In this document: one piece after another, positions 33,134 to 42,384 of the stretch
How the letters are laid out: each line of letters begins with the position of its first letter
How positions within the stretch are numbered: position 1 is the first letter of the stretch
Assembly: GCA_963663965.2 (NCBI GenBank)
Contig: CAXXFK010000042.1
Span: forward strand, 182,613-246,612
Length of the DNA: 64,000 bases
Source of the DNA: Sedimentisphaerales bacterium
GTDB lineage: Bacteria > Planctomycetota > Phycisphaerae > Sedimentisphaerales > SM23-30
Reading direction: 5' to 3'
The notes under the pieces: model-generated
The model's database searches: none
What the model was told of the DNA's origin: nothing
The model's input: only the letters and a program-made list of their open reading frames with translations
Made by a program: the position numbers and the translations under genes

Positions 33134-34198
33134 ATGAAAGTAATGTTTGAAGAAAACTTACCAATCGAAATACAAGCTGACCTGACCGATTTTTGGTTGA
33201 ATTGTGATTCGGCCCACATCTGGCAGGCTCCTTTTTCTTCTTCGTATTATGACATCCAAAACAAGAAAACTATCAAAGTTATCGGGATTGATGATGATGG
33301 GAAGGTGTGTGGATTTGGCCAGTTTTTTTACACGTTGAACAATTTTGAAGCGGTTTGTTTGCGAGGTCCGGTTGTTAAATCTCCTGATCATTTTGAGCCT
33401 TTTATGCAGTTAGTAGAGAAGTATTTCTTGGATAGAAAGGTTGGGCAATTACGAATATCTCCCTACTGGGCGTATCCCGAAGCTGAACAGATTGTAAATC
33501 GATTAAAAAATCTGGATTATTCCGCCTATTACAAAGATGAGGTCTATACTAAGACAGGACGAGTATCATTAGATCGTTCCTTGGATGACATTTGGTTGTC
33601 ATTTTCCAAAGATACAAGAAAACACATAAAAAAGGTGGATAAGTATAATATTCTGATAAAAAAGCCTGATTCGTATGATGACGCCCTTTCCGGCTTTAAT
33701 ATTTTGAAACGAATGAGAACGGCCAGAGGTTTGACACCCATGGATGAGAATGAATTCAAAGGTTTTTATGAATCGTTCACTTGCGGAGATGATTGGGGTA
33801 CGCAATTTAATGCTTACCATGAATCAGATTTTCTAGGGACATTGTGGTTGGCGAGAATGAAAAATATTTCCATTACTGTGGGTTACGCCGTTGATCGGGA
33901 TAAATGTCCCAACGGGATTTCAATTGGGATTCCGTTATGGTGGGAAGGAATAAAATGGGCCAGGGAAAAAGGTTGCATTTTATTCGATGTTGAAGGGTAT
34001 GATCCAGATACCCCGGTTGAATCTCCCTTGTATCATATCCATCAACATAAACAAAAATTTAGACCGGAACCGGTGCAGATTATATCTGAGCATATCAAAG
34101 TACTGAATTCCCAGAAATGTCTAATGTATAAAGCGTTTGATTTGAAAAACCGCGTGCAAAAGAAATTAAACAAGTTCATTCACAAGTCATCGTATTGA
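33134..34198 (+). CDS. FemABX-like peptidyl/aminoacyl transferase family protein
   Basis: HIWQ, LRGPV, TRKHIKK, WEGIKWAREKGCILFDVEG. Confidence 0.78.
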   Translation: MKVMFEENLPIEIQADLTDFWLNCDSAHIWQAPFSSSYYDIQNKKTIKVIGIDDDGKVCGFGQFFYTLNNFEAVCLRGPVVKSPDHFEPFMQLVEKYFLDRKVGQLRISPYWAYPEAEQIVNRLKNLDYSAYYKDEVYTKTGRVSLDRSLDDIWLSFSKDTRKHIKKVDKYNILIKKPDSYDDALSGFNILKRMRTARGLTPMDENEFKGFYESFTCGDDWGTQFNAYHESDFLGTLWLARMKNISITVGYAVDRDKCPNGISIGIPLWWEGIKWAREKGCILFDVEGYDPDTPVESPLYHIHQHKQKFRPEPVQIISEHIKVLNSQKCLMYKAFDLKNRVQKKLNKFIHKSSY

Positions 34199-34224
34199 TG
34201 GCGCCGGATTGATTTTCAGTAATC

Positions 34225-35379
34225 ATGCTGTATAATGGTTTGCCATCGCTAGTTATAAAAGATGTTATTGGCTCTTCGAAAAAGCATAACATTCTGGATC
34301 ATTTTGATTGCATGCAATGTCATAAAACTCGAGTGGGTATCAGTTTGATTGCTCAACTTTTATCCAGAGGGGATAGAAAAAAATTTTTATTACCAGCCTA
34401 CAATTGCGGATCGGAAGTGTCGCCGTTCTTGAAAAATAATTTATCAATTGAGTTGTATCGTGTACGGCAGGACCTGTCAATTGATCTTGAAGACCTCAAA
34501 GCCAGAATCACGCCCGCGACCCGGGCCATTTATGTAATTCATTATTTTGGTTTTCCTCATGATTTGACTGAAATTAAAACGTTATGTGCAAGCAATAAAT
34601 TGTGGTTAATTGAAGATTGCGCGCTATCGTTATTCAGTTGCTTTTCAGATGGCAGGCCAGTCGGTTCGGTTGGCGATATCGCTCTTTATAACTACCCAAA
34701 GATGTTGCCGGTTCCGGATGGGGGGGCATTGGTCATTCATAATCCTGAGATTCGGTTTGAAGGGGATGAAACTTGGAATTTTCGCCAACCCCCAGTCTCT
34801 GGCACTGTCCGGTCTCTATTGCCATTTGCCAAACGCAATTTATTAATGATGCTATCTGGAACCCCTTTATTTCAAGTATTTTGGAATTTATTGCAAAAGC
34901 GTCAGCCTCATGATGCTGCCTTGAATGTCAGATTTCCTGATATGCCCGATTCATATTACTATGATTCGCGATTGGATCATCTAGGCGTGTCGGGAATAAC
35001 ACGCTGGCTGTTATCCCGGTTCGACAGTGAAGAAATTCGCGGAATAAGAAGAAGAAATTATCTGAGGTATCTTGAGCGGCTCGGCCCGGCAAAAGGGCTG
35101 TCTCTCATCTTTTCAAGTTTGCCTGATGGGGCATGTCCTTTGCATTTCCCGGTGTTAGTTGCCAACCGTAACGAGATTTGCCGCTGCTTGCATGATATGG
35201 CGATTGAGGCGATTGCCTGGTGGTCAGGTTATCATCAGGGATTACCCTGGCTAGATTATCCTGATGCCTGTTATTTAAAGGATCATGTGGTGGCTTTGCC
35301 GGTTCATCAACAAATGAAGGACGCCAATATTGATTATATATCTGAGCAACTTATCAATTGCATGAAGCATGATGCCTGA
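34225..35379 (+). CDS. DegT-like PLP-dependent aminotransferase (divergent)
   Basis: LLPAYNC, IHYFGF, IEDCA, PKMLPVPDGG, ALPVHQ. Confidence 0.82.
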   Translation: MLYNGLPSLVIKDVIGSSKKHNILDHFDCMQCHKTRVGISLIAQLLSRGDRKKFLLPAYNCGSEVSPFLKNNLSIELYRVRQDLSIDLEDLKARITPATRAIYVIHYFGFPHDLTEIKTLCASNKLWLIEDCALSLFSCFSDGRPVGSVGDIALYNYPKMLPVPDGGALVIHNPEIRFEGDETWNFRQPPVSGTVRSLLPFAKRNLLMMLSGTPLFQVFWNLLQKRQPHDAALNVRFPDMPDSYYYDSRLDHLGVSGITRWLLSRFDSEEIRGIRRRNYLRYLERLGPAKGLSLIFSSLPDGACPLHFPVLVANRNEICRCLHDMAIEAIAWWSGYHQGLPWLDYPDACYLKDHVVALPVHQQMKDANIDYISEQLINCMKHDA

Positions 35380-35420
35380 GTTAGATAATTATTTGCAGTA
35401 AGAAAACGATATAAATAAAA

Positions 35421-36431
35421 GTGGTTAAGATGAGAGGCAATAAAATTTCTTATGTCATTCTGACTCCCTGCCATAATGAGGAACAGTATATCGAATTTCC
35501 CTTGCGTTCGGTAATTGCTCAGACCCTCAAACCCGCCATGTGGATGATTGTGGATGACAGTTCAACCGATGGTACCGGCAGCCTCATTAAACAATATGCG
35601 TCTGAATATGAAAATATTCATTACCATTACCGGACCAAACCGGCCGGGCAGGCATATTTCGCCAGTAATGTGTATGCGATTATGGAAGGATACGGAGAAA
35701 TTGGAAAATTAACCGGTGCGCCGAGAAACGAGGGAATGGGAAATGGTGAAAAGCCGAATGGCCCAAATGATACCCATGGCCATTCGAGCCAGGGACCTCG
35801 CCTCCTGGATCCCTCTTCTCCTGATGGGGCTTATCGATATATTGCTATTCTCGATGCCGACATTACCCTGCCGCCGGATTACTACGAATCGATTATCCAC
35901 CGCATGGAAGCGGACCCCAAACTGGGAATAGCCAGTGGGATTTATGAAAATCTGATTGATGGCAAGTTGGTTGCGGTCTTGAATGATCGACGCAGCACAC
36001 CCAAGGCGATCATGGTGTTTCGCCGGGAATGCTTTGAGCAGATAGGCGGTTTTTTGCCATTGAAATATGGCGGTGAAGATACTGCCGCCTGTGTGATGGC
36101 GCGGATGCGTGGCTGGAAAGTCTGGTCTTTCCCTGATGTAAAAGTGATACATCATCGCCCAACCGGAATTGGCAATGCAAAATCGTTATTACGGGCCAGG
36201 TTTCATCAGGGAAAATGTGAATATTACCTGGGCAACCATCCCACATTCTTTTTATTGAAATCCATTAGGCGCTGTCTTAAAGAGAACCCGTTTATCATTG
36301 GAGGCCTTATGAGAATCGCAGGATATCTTGGGGCATGTTTCAGTCGGGAAAAAAGGATTTTACCGGATGGCTTTTTAGATTATATCAGGAGAGAGCAACT
36401 GAACCGGATCTTTCGATTGAACAAAATTTAA
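35421..36431 (+). CDS. Glycosyltransferase family 2 with an in-frame low-complexity insertion
   Basis: TPCHNEE, VDDSSTDGT, ILDAD and GGED motifs; a G/P/N-rich stretch of about 35 aa precedes the DXD strand. Confidence 0.9.
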   Translation: MVKMRGNKISYVILTPCHNEEQYIEFPLRSVIAQTLKPAMWMIVDDSSTDGTGSLIKQYASEYENIHYHYRTKPAGQAYFASNVYAIMEGYGEIGKLTGAPRNEGMGNGEKPNGPNDTHGHSSQGPRLLDPSSPDGAYRYIAILDADITLPPDYYESIIHRMEADPKLGIASGIYENLIDGKLVAVLNDRRSTPKAIMVFRRECFEQIGGFLPLKYGGEDTAACVMARMRGWKVWSFPDVKVIHHRPTGIGNAKSLLRARFHQGKCEYYLGNHPTFFLLKSIRRCLKENPFIIGGLMRIAGYLGACFSREKRILPDGFLDYIRREQLNRIFRLNKI

Positions 36432-36459
36432 TCAAAGGCATTTAGAGGAGTATTATATC

Positions 36460-37230
36460 GTGTCACCAGGGATTGTCTTCAAATTCGTCGATTTATTAGG
36501 AGCCAAAGTCTGGTTTATGAACATGAAGAATGTCATCGAAGAATCGGACAAGGCGATTCAAACTCGGACTTCTTTATTAATCGGCGTGGTGAACGTGGCC
36601 AAATTGGTGAACGCGCGCAAAAATCCGGAACTCAAACGCAGTCTTGAAGAAACGGATTTCACCGTGGCGGATGGCTTGCCCGTCGTATGGCTGTCTCGTT
36701 TGTGCGGCCGGCCTTTGCCGGAACGGGTCGCAGGGATAGATATCATGCATGAGTTGTTGAAGTTGGCTGACGAAAAACATTATGGCGTCTATTTCCTGGG
36801 AGCCAAGCCGGAAGTTGTCGAAAATGTGGTTGACTGGACCCGGCGGCACCATCCGGGTGTGAGGATTGCCGGTTGGCGGGATGGCTATTTTAAAGAGGAT
36901 CAGGAATTGCAGGTCGCCGAATCGATTCGGGATAGTCAGGCGGATATCCTTTTTGTGGCGATCACGCCTCCCAAAAAAGAGATCTTTTTACGCAAGTACA
37001 GCAAAATGATGGGAGTCCCGGTTTGTCATGGCGTAGGGGGGAGTTTTGATGTGGTTGCGGGTGTGACCCGGCGTGCTCCGCGCTGGATGCAGAAAACGGG
37101 AATGGAGTGGTTTTATCGGGTGATGCAGGAACCTGGCCGGATGTGGAAACGGTATTTTGTTACGAATACAACATTTATCTGGCTGAGTATGGGAGAAATC
37201 GCCAGGTATCGCCTCGGATTTAAAAAATAA
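36460..37230 (+). CDS. WecB/TagA/CpsF family glycosyltransferase
   Basis: ADGLPVVW, ERVAGID, PPKKE, GVGGSFDV, RAPRWMQKTGMEW, EPGRMWKRY. Confidence 0.95.
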   Translation: MSPGIVFKFVDLLGAKVWFMNMKNVIEESDKAIQTRTSLLIGVVNVAKLVNARKNPELKRSLEETDFTVADGLPVVWLSRLCGRPLPERVAGIDIMHELLKLADEKHYGVYFLGAKPEVVENVVDWTRRHHPGVRIAGWRDGYFKEDQELQVAESIRDSQADILFVAITPPKKEIFLRKYSKMMGVPVCHGVGGSFDVVAGVTRRAPRWMQKTGMEWFYRVMQEPGRMWKRYFVTNTTFIWLSMGEIARYRLGFKK

Positions 37231-37295
37231 CATGTCGTAAAATGTAAGGGAAATTCCTAACTGCTTGAATTTTATCCATCCCATTTGATGAGACT

Positions 37296-38390
37296 ATGAA
37301 TATGAAAATCATCCATATTGCGGGCGCTCGTCCCAATTTCGTTAAAATTGCCAGCATTATCAAAGCCTGTCAGTTGCGTCCGGAACTGAACAATATGCTG
37401 GTTCATACCGGCCAGCACTACAGCCCTCAGATGAGCGAGGCCTTTTTTCATGAATTGAATATCCCGGAACCTGATATCAATCTGGAAGTGGGCTCTGGCA
37501 GCCACGCCCAGCAAACCGCTGAAATCATGAAACGTTTCGAATCTGTCGTGCTGGAACAGAAACCGGATGCGGTTTTAGTCGTCGGGGATGTCAATTCAAC
37601 CGTTGCCTGTGTGTTGACTGCCGTCAAGTTGGGGATTAAAGCCATTCATGTCGAGGCGGGTTTACGCAGTTTCGACCGGACCATGCCGGAAGAAATCAAC
37701 AGGGTCGTGACCGATTCTATCAGCGATCTGTTATTTGTAACCGAACAGAGTGGGGTTGACAATTTGCTGGCCGAAGGGATTGCCGATGAGAAAATTTATC
37801 TGGTTGGGAATGTCATGATTGATACCCTGCTCCAGAACCGGGCCAAAGCGGAACAATCGCAAATTCTGAAAACCCATGACTTAGAAGGCCGCGATTATGC
37901 GGTAATTACTATGCATCGCCCCTCCAATGTGGATAACCTTGAGGTGTTTGGCAGGATCCTGGACGCTTTTGAGGTTATACAGAATGATATGAAAATGATT
38001 TTCCCGATTCATCCTAGAACCTTGAAAAATATGCAGTCCAATGGCCTTTATTCCCGCATTACCGCTATGCCAAATATGGTTCTGGTCGAGCCGATGGGCT
38101 ATCTGGACTTTCTCAAAATGATGTCTGAAGCCAGTATCGTAGTGACCGATTCCGGTGGCATCCAGGAAGAAACTACGATTCTGGGCGTGCCATGTTTGAC
38201 TGTACGGGAAAATACCGAGCGTCCGGTAACCATCACTCAGGGCACTAATCAACTGGTGGGTATGAATCCTGACAATATCCTGGCGGGTTATAATAAGGCG
38301 CGTCGTGGCGATATCCCGGCGCAGGTTCCCCCCTTGTGGGATGGCAATGCCGCTCAGCGAATCGCGGAGATTCTGGTTGCACAGCGGTAG
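37296..38390 (+). CDS. wecB: UDP-N-acetylglucosamine 2-epimerase (non-hydrolysing)
   Basis: GARPNFVK, HTGQHY, HVEAGLRSFD, PEEINR, TDSGGIQEE, TERP. Confidence 0.96.
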   Translation: MNMKIIHIAGARPNFVKIASIIKACQLRPELNNMLVHTGQHYSPQMSEAFFHELNIPEPDINLEVGSGSHAQQTAEIMKRFESVVLEQKPDAVLVVGDVNSTVACVLTAVKLGIKAIHVEAGLRSFDRTMPEEINRVVTDSISDLLFVTEQSGVDNLLAEGIADEKIYLVGNVMIDTLLQNRAKAEQSQILKTHDLEGRDYAVITMHRPSNVDNLEVFGRILDAFEVIQNDMKMIFPIHPRTLKNMQSNGLYSRITAMPNMVLVEPMGYLDFLKMMSEASIVVTDSGGIQEETTILGVPCLTVRENTERPVTITQGTNQLVGMNPDNILAGYNKARRGDIPAQVPPLWDGNAAQRIAEILVAQR

Positions 38391-38515
38391 GCGGACTCAT
38401 GATCCTATGACCAATCAAACCATTTTGCGTGTCAGAAATCGGCTCAAAACCGATAAATCATCGCTCACTTGGCGCCATATTATGAATCGCAATGACGGAA
38501 CTTGAATTATTCAGC

Positions 38516-38562
38516 TTAGGGGCTGTCCATAAATAAATACAGCATTTATCTTTCAGGCCTTT
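38516..38562. repeat. Short palindromic element, family B, copy 1
   Basis: TTAGGGGCTGTCCATAAATAAATACAGCATTTAT aligns without gaps to the reverse complement of the element at 46943-46994. Confidence 0.55.
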
Positions 38563-38622
38563 TCCCATTTTCCGGTGTTTACTGGCCTGTCATACGGTTT
38601 AAAATCTTTTCTGGAGCCAATC

Positions 38623-39492
38623 ATGAAAGGCATCATCCTCGCCGGCGGTAGCGGCACCCGCCTCTATCCCATGACCCAGGTGGTCAGTAAACAACTACTG
38701 CCTGTTTATGATAAACCCATGATCTATTATCCACTCACCACGCTCATGCTGGCCGGCATCCGCGAGATATTACTGATTTCCACCCCGCACGACCTGCCCC
38801 GGTTTCAGGAGCTATTAGGCGATGGCTCTCAGTGGGGCCTTGAACTGAGCTATGCCGAGCAACCCCGTCCCGAAGGCCTGGCCCAGGCCTTCCATATCGG
38901 CCGCGCATTTATCGCCGGCGGCCCGGCCTGCCTGGTCCTGGGCGATAACATCTTTTTTGGCGCCGGTCTGTCTGCCAAACTCCAGCGCGCCGCCCAGCTT
39001 AAAGAGGGCGCCACTGTCTTTGGCTATTGGGTTGAAGATCCCGAGCGTTATGGTGTTGTCGAATTTGATGCGGATAAAAAAGCCATATCCATTGAAGAAA
39101 AGCCTAAGCAACCTAAATCCAGCTACGCCGTGGTAGGACTCTATTTCTACGACAGCCAAATAACGGATATTGCCGCTGCCGTTAAACCATCGGCCCGCGG
39201 CGAGCTTGAAATTACCGATGTCAATAATGCCTATCTCAAACAGGGCCAGCTTAATGTCGAACTGCTTGGCCGCGGCATGGCCTGGCTCGACACCGGTACC
39301 GCCGATTCACTGCTGGAAGCAGGTAATTTTGTTGCCACCATCGAAAAACGCCAGGGTCAGCAAATTGCCTCTCCCGAAGAAATCGCCTGGCGCATGGGCT
39401 GGATCACTAAAGACCAGTTCCTCACCCGCGTGCAGCAGCTGGGCAAGAGTCAGTATGGACAGTATCTGGCCCATCAGATTAAGCGGCCATAA
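38623..39492 (+). CDS. rfbA: Glucose-1-phosphate thymidylyltransferase
   Basis: [56 protein letters not shown] upstream. Confidence 0.97.
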   Translation: MKGIILAGGSGTRLYPMTQVVSKQLLPVYDKPMIYYPLTTLMLAGIREILLISTPHDLPRFQELLGDGSQWGLELSYAEQPRPEGLAQAFHIGRAFIAGGPACLVLGDNIFFGAGLSAKLQRAAQLKEGATVFGYWVEDPERYGVVEFDADKKAISIEEKPKQPKSSYAVVGLYFYDSQITDIAAAVKPSARGELEITDVNNAYLKQGQLNVELLGRGMAWLDTGTADSLLEAGNFVATIEKRQGQQIASPEEIAWRMGWITKDQFLTRVQQLGKSQYGQYLAHQIKRP

Positions 39493-39562
39493 AAATTGCC
39501 ACTGATACCGCTGAAACAAGGATAGAATATATGGATGATGTTGAATTGTTGATTGGCCATTA

Positions 39563-39970
39563 TTGAATAAAGGGAGTGTGAATCTGGAAAAATATCAGGA
39601 TTATAAGCATAGCGATATTACTGGGAAAATTAATCGATGTGCCGTTATCGTATTTGACAAGCTTGGATGGGGATTTCTCGAAAAAGTATACGAAAATACC
39701 ATGGCTATCGAATTGGAAAAGTTGGGTATAGCATTTGAAGTACAAAAACCTCTTTCTATCTACTACGATCAAAAGATCATTGGCGATTATTATGCCGATA
39801 TTGTTGTTGATGATAAGGTAATAGTTGAATTGAAGGCCTGTAAAGCACTTGAAGAGATACATTATGCCCAACTTTATAATTATCTGCGAGCAACAGGTAT
39901 TGAAGTGGGTCTTTTAATCAACTTTGGACAGAAGCTGGATATCAAACGAAGGGCCATATACAAGAATTAA
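39563..39970 (+). CDS. GxxExxY protein (PD-(D/E)XK-like fold)
   Basis: GFLEKVY motif, ADIVVDDKVIVELKA, AQLYNYL, GLLINFG. Confidence 0.92.
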   Translation: MNKGSVNLEKYQDYKHSDITGKINRCAVIVFDKLGWGFLEKVYENTMAIELEKLGIAFEVQKPLSIYYDQKIIGDYYADIVVDDKVIVELKACKALEEIHYAQLYNYLRATGIEVGLLINFGQKLDIKRRAIYKN

Positions 39971-40025
39971 ACTATTACCATGTATCCTTGTTTCAGTGGC
40001 TATTATTTCTTTTAAGGTGTAAAAA

Positions 40026-41033
40026 ATGAGTAAGTTATTTGTAACCGGTGCCGCGGGCTTTATCGGGTCCAACTTCGTTCGTCTCATTCTCAACGAAACT
40101 TCCGATTATGAAGTTATCGCCTTCGATTCCCTCACCTACGCCGGGAACCTGGCCAACCTGGCTGAATTTGAAGGCAATCCCCGCTATCAGTTCATCAAAG
40201 GGGACATCTGTGATGAGGACCAGGTTAATGAATTACTTTCCGGTGTCGATATTCTGGTCAACTTTGCCGCCGAGAGTCATGTCGACCGGTCGATCATGTC
40301 TTCCGAACCTTTCGTGCGGACCAATATCGAAGGAACCCGCATCTTGATTGACGCCGCCCGGCGACATAACATCCAGCGCTACCTGCAGGTTTCCACCGAT
40401 GAAGTTTATGGTTCGCTGGGTAAAACCGGTCTTTTCACCGAAACTACCCCGCTGGCCCCCAACAGTCCCTACAGCGCTTCCAAAGCCGCCGCCGACCTGC
40501 TGGTTATGGCCTATCATCATACCTATGGCTTCCCCGCGCTCATTACCCGCTGTTCCAATAATTACGGTCCCTACCAGTTCCCTGAAAAGCTGATCCCGTT
40601 GTTTGTAACTAATTTGCTGGAAGAAAAGAAAGTTCCCGTCTATGGCGATGGCATGCAGGTCCGCGACTGGATCCATGTCATGGACCATTGCCGGGCGATT
40701 CTCACGGTCATCGAAAAAGGCCGCGACGGCCAGGTTTATAACATTGGTGGTGAAAACGAACAATATAACTTGACGATAACAAAACTAATCCTCCAGGCCC
40801 TTGGCCGGGATGAATCCTTTATTGAGCATGTTAAAGACCGGTTGGGCCACGATCGTCGTTATGCCATCGATCCGACCAAAACCCGTGACGAACTGGGTTG
40901 GCGCCCCCAGATCCCTTTCGAGCAGGGTCTCAAAGAGACTATCGAGTGGTACCTGTCCAACAAAACCTGGTGGCGTGAGATCAAGTCGGGAGAATACATG
41001 CATTATTATGAAAAACAGTATGTGACTCGATAA
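40026..41033 (+). CDS. rfbB: dTDP-glucose 4,6-dehydratase
   Basis: TGAAGFIGSNF, AAESHVDRS, STDEVYG, YSASK, NNYGPYQFPEKLIP, GHDRRY. Confidence 0.97.
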   Translation: MSKLFVTGAAGFIGSNFVRLILNETSDYEVIAFDSLTYAGNLANLAEFEGNPRYQFIKGDICDEDQVNELLSGVDILVNFAAESHVDRSIMSSEPFVRTNIEGTRILIDAARRHNIQRYLQVSTDEVYGSLGKTGLFTETTPLAPNSPYSASKAAADLLVMAYHHTYGFPALITRCSNNYGPYQFPEKLIPLFVTNLLEEKKVPVYGDGMQVRDWIHVMDHCRAILTVIEKGRDGQVYNIGGENEQYNLTITKLILQALGRDESFIEHVKDRLGHDRRYAIDPTKTRDELGWRPQIPFEQGLKETIEWYLSNKTWWREIKSGEYMHYYEKQYVTR

Positions 41034-41054
41034 GAAAGTTGTAGTAAAAAAACA

Positions 41055-41930
41055 ATGAGCAGTAATCAGGGAATCCTTATCTTTGGCGCTACCGGCATGC
41101 TGGGCAGTGAAGTTGTCCGACAATGCCAGGCTCGTGAATTGCCCATGGTTCTGGCCACCTGGCCAGATCAACCGCAAGGGGCCCATAAGGCTGATATAAC
41201 CAATCAGGACCAGGTCAACCAACTGATTGCTGATACTCAACCAACTGCGGTGATTAACTGCTGCGCCTGGACGGATGTGGATGGCGCTGAAACGAATGAA
41301 TCCGTGGCAACCACTGTAAATGGCACTGGAGTTGGCTATCTGGCTCAGGCCTGTCATCAGATGGAGGCCAAACTAGTCCATGTCAGCACTGATTATGTCT
41401 TTGCCGGCGATGGCGCACGACCGTATCAACCCGACGATCCTGTCGCTCCGGCCGGTGCCTATGGCCGTAGCAAACTCGCCGGCGAACAGGCCATCCAGAA
41501 AGTAGGGGGGCACTATGCCATTATCCGCACTTCCTGGTTGTTCGGCGCCGGTGGCAAAAACTTTGTCGATACGATTGTCCAGATCGCCCGTCAGCGTGAA
41601 TGCATTAAAGTCGTCAATGACCAGGTTGGCTGCCCAACCTGGACCGTGGATCTGGCCCGCTGCCTGATCGATTTTGCCTTAAATGATGATCAGGGCATCT
41701 TCCATTTTTGTAATCCACCCCAATGTACCTGGTATGACCTGGCCTGCGAAGCGATTCGAATTGCCGCAGTTAGTTGTCAGGTTCAACCTTGTACAACGGC
41801 CGAATTCCCGCGTCCGGCTCCCCGGCCCGCCTGGTCGGTAATGGACTGCACCAAAACATTCGCCGCACTGAACTGGCAACCCCGTCCCTGGCAGCAGGCC
41901 GTTAAAGATTGCTTGAAAGACAAAATGTAA
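41055..41930 (+). CDS. rfbD: dTDP-4-dehydrorhamnose reductase
   Basis: GATGMLG, STDYVF, YGRSK, RTSWLF, DQVGCPT, RPAPRP. Confidence 0.95.
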   Translation: MSSNQGILIFGATGMLGSEVVRQCQARELPMVLATWPDQPQGAHKADITNQDQVNQLIADTQPTAVINCCAWTDVDGAETNESVATTVNGTGVGYLAQACHQMEAKLVHVSTDYVFAGDGARPYQPDDPVAPAGAYGRSKLAGEQAIQKVGGHYAIIRTSWLFGAGGKNFVDTIVQIARQRECIKVVNDQVGCPTWTVDLARCLIDFALNDDQGIFHFCNPPQCTWYDLACEAIRIAAVSCQVQPCTTAEFPRPAPRPAWSVMDCTKTFAALNWQPRPWQQAVKDCLKDKM

Positions 41931-41955
41931 AATTTACGATGCAAAATGCAAAATG
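41921..41955. repeat. Five heptamers (consensus YAAAATG), left arm of the inverted repeat around the four-helix-bundle gene
   Basis: caaaatg taaaatt tacgatg caaaatg caaaatg; includes the rfbD stop and the next ATG. Confidence 0.8.
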
Positions 41956-42321
41956 AAAAAATATGACATTTATGACAAAACATTCCAGTTCAGTGTTGAC
42001 AATGTCCGGTTATGCAATCACTTGTTCAAATATCGGGATGCGAGAACTGTTATTGCTCGTCAGCTTGTACGATCAGGCACTTCAATTGGAGCCAATCTTG
42101 AAGAAGGTCAGGCTGCCCATAGTCGACCGGATTTTATTTTTAAGTTAACCATTGCTCTCAAAGAGGCACGTGAAAGCCATTACTGGTCGAAATTGTTGAA
42201 AGTTACGGCTAGTGAACATAAAGATGAAATTGATCCATTAATACGCCAGGTTAAAGAGTTAATTGCGATTTTAACTACCATTATCAAGAACACCAAACAA
42301 AATAACAAGACTAACAAGTGA
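41953..42321 (+). CDS. Four helix bundle protein (23S rRNA intervening-sequence protein family)
   Basis: QLVRSGTSIGANLEEG, DFIFKLTIALKEARESHYW. Confidence 0.93.
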   Translation: MKKYDIYDKTFQFSVDNVRLCNHLFKYRDARTVIARQLVRSGTSIGANLEEGQAAHSRPDFIFKLTIALKEARESHYWSKLLKVTASEHKDEIDPLIRQVKELIAILTTIIKNTKQNNKTNK

Positions 42322-42342
42322 TAGAGGTTCTCTTGCTTTCCC

Positions 42343-42377
42343 AATTTTGCATTTTACATTCTGCATTTTAAATTCCA
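42343..42377. repeat. Five heptamers (consensus CATTTTR), right arm of the inverted repeat
   Basis: aattttg catttta cattctg catttta aattcca; reverse complement of the left-arm unit. Confidence 0.8.
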
Positions 42378-42384
42378 ATTCCTT

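Noticed and set aside
38382..38396. CAGCGGTAGGCGG as an ops/JUMPstart element
   Set aside because: Only a partial match to GGCGGTAG, it overlaps the wecB stop codon, and no JUMPstart stem is present.
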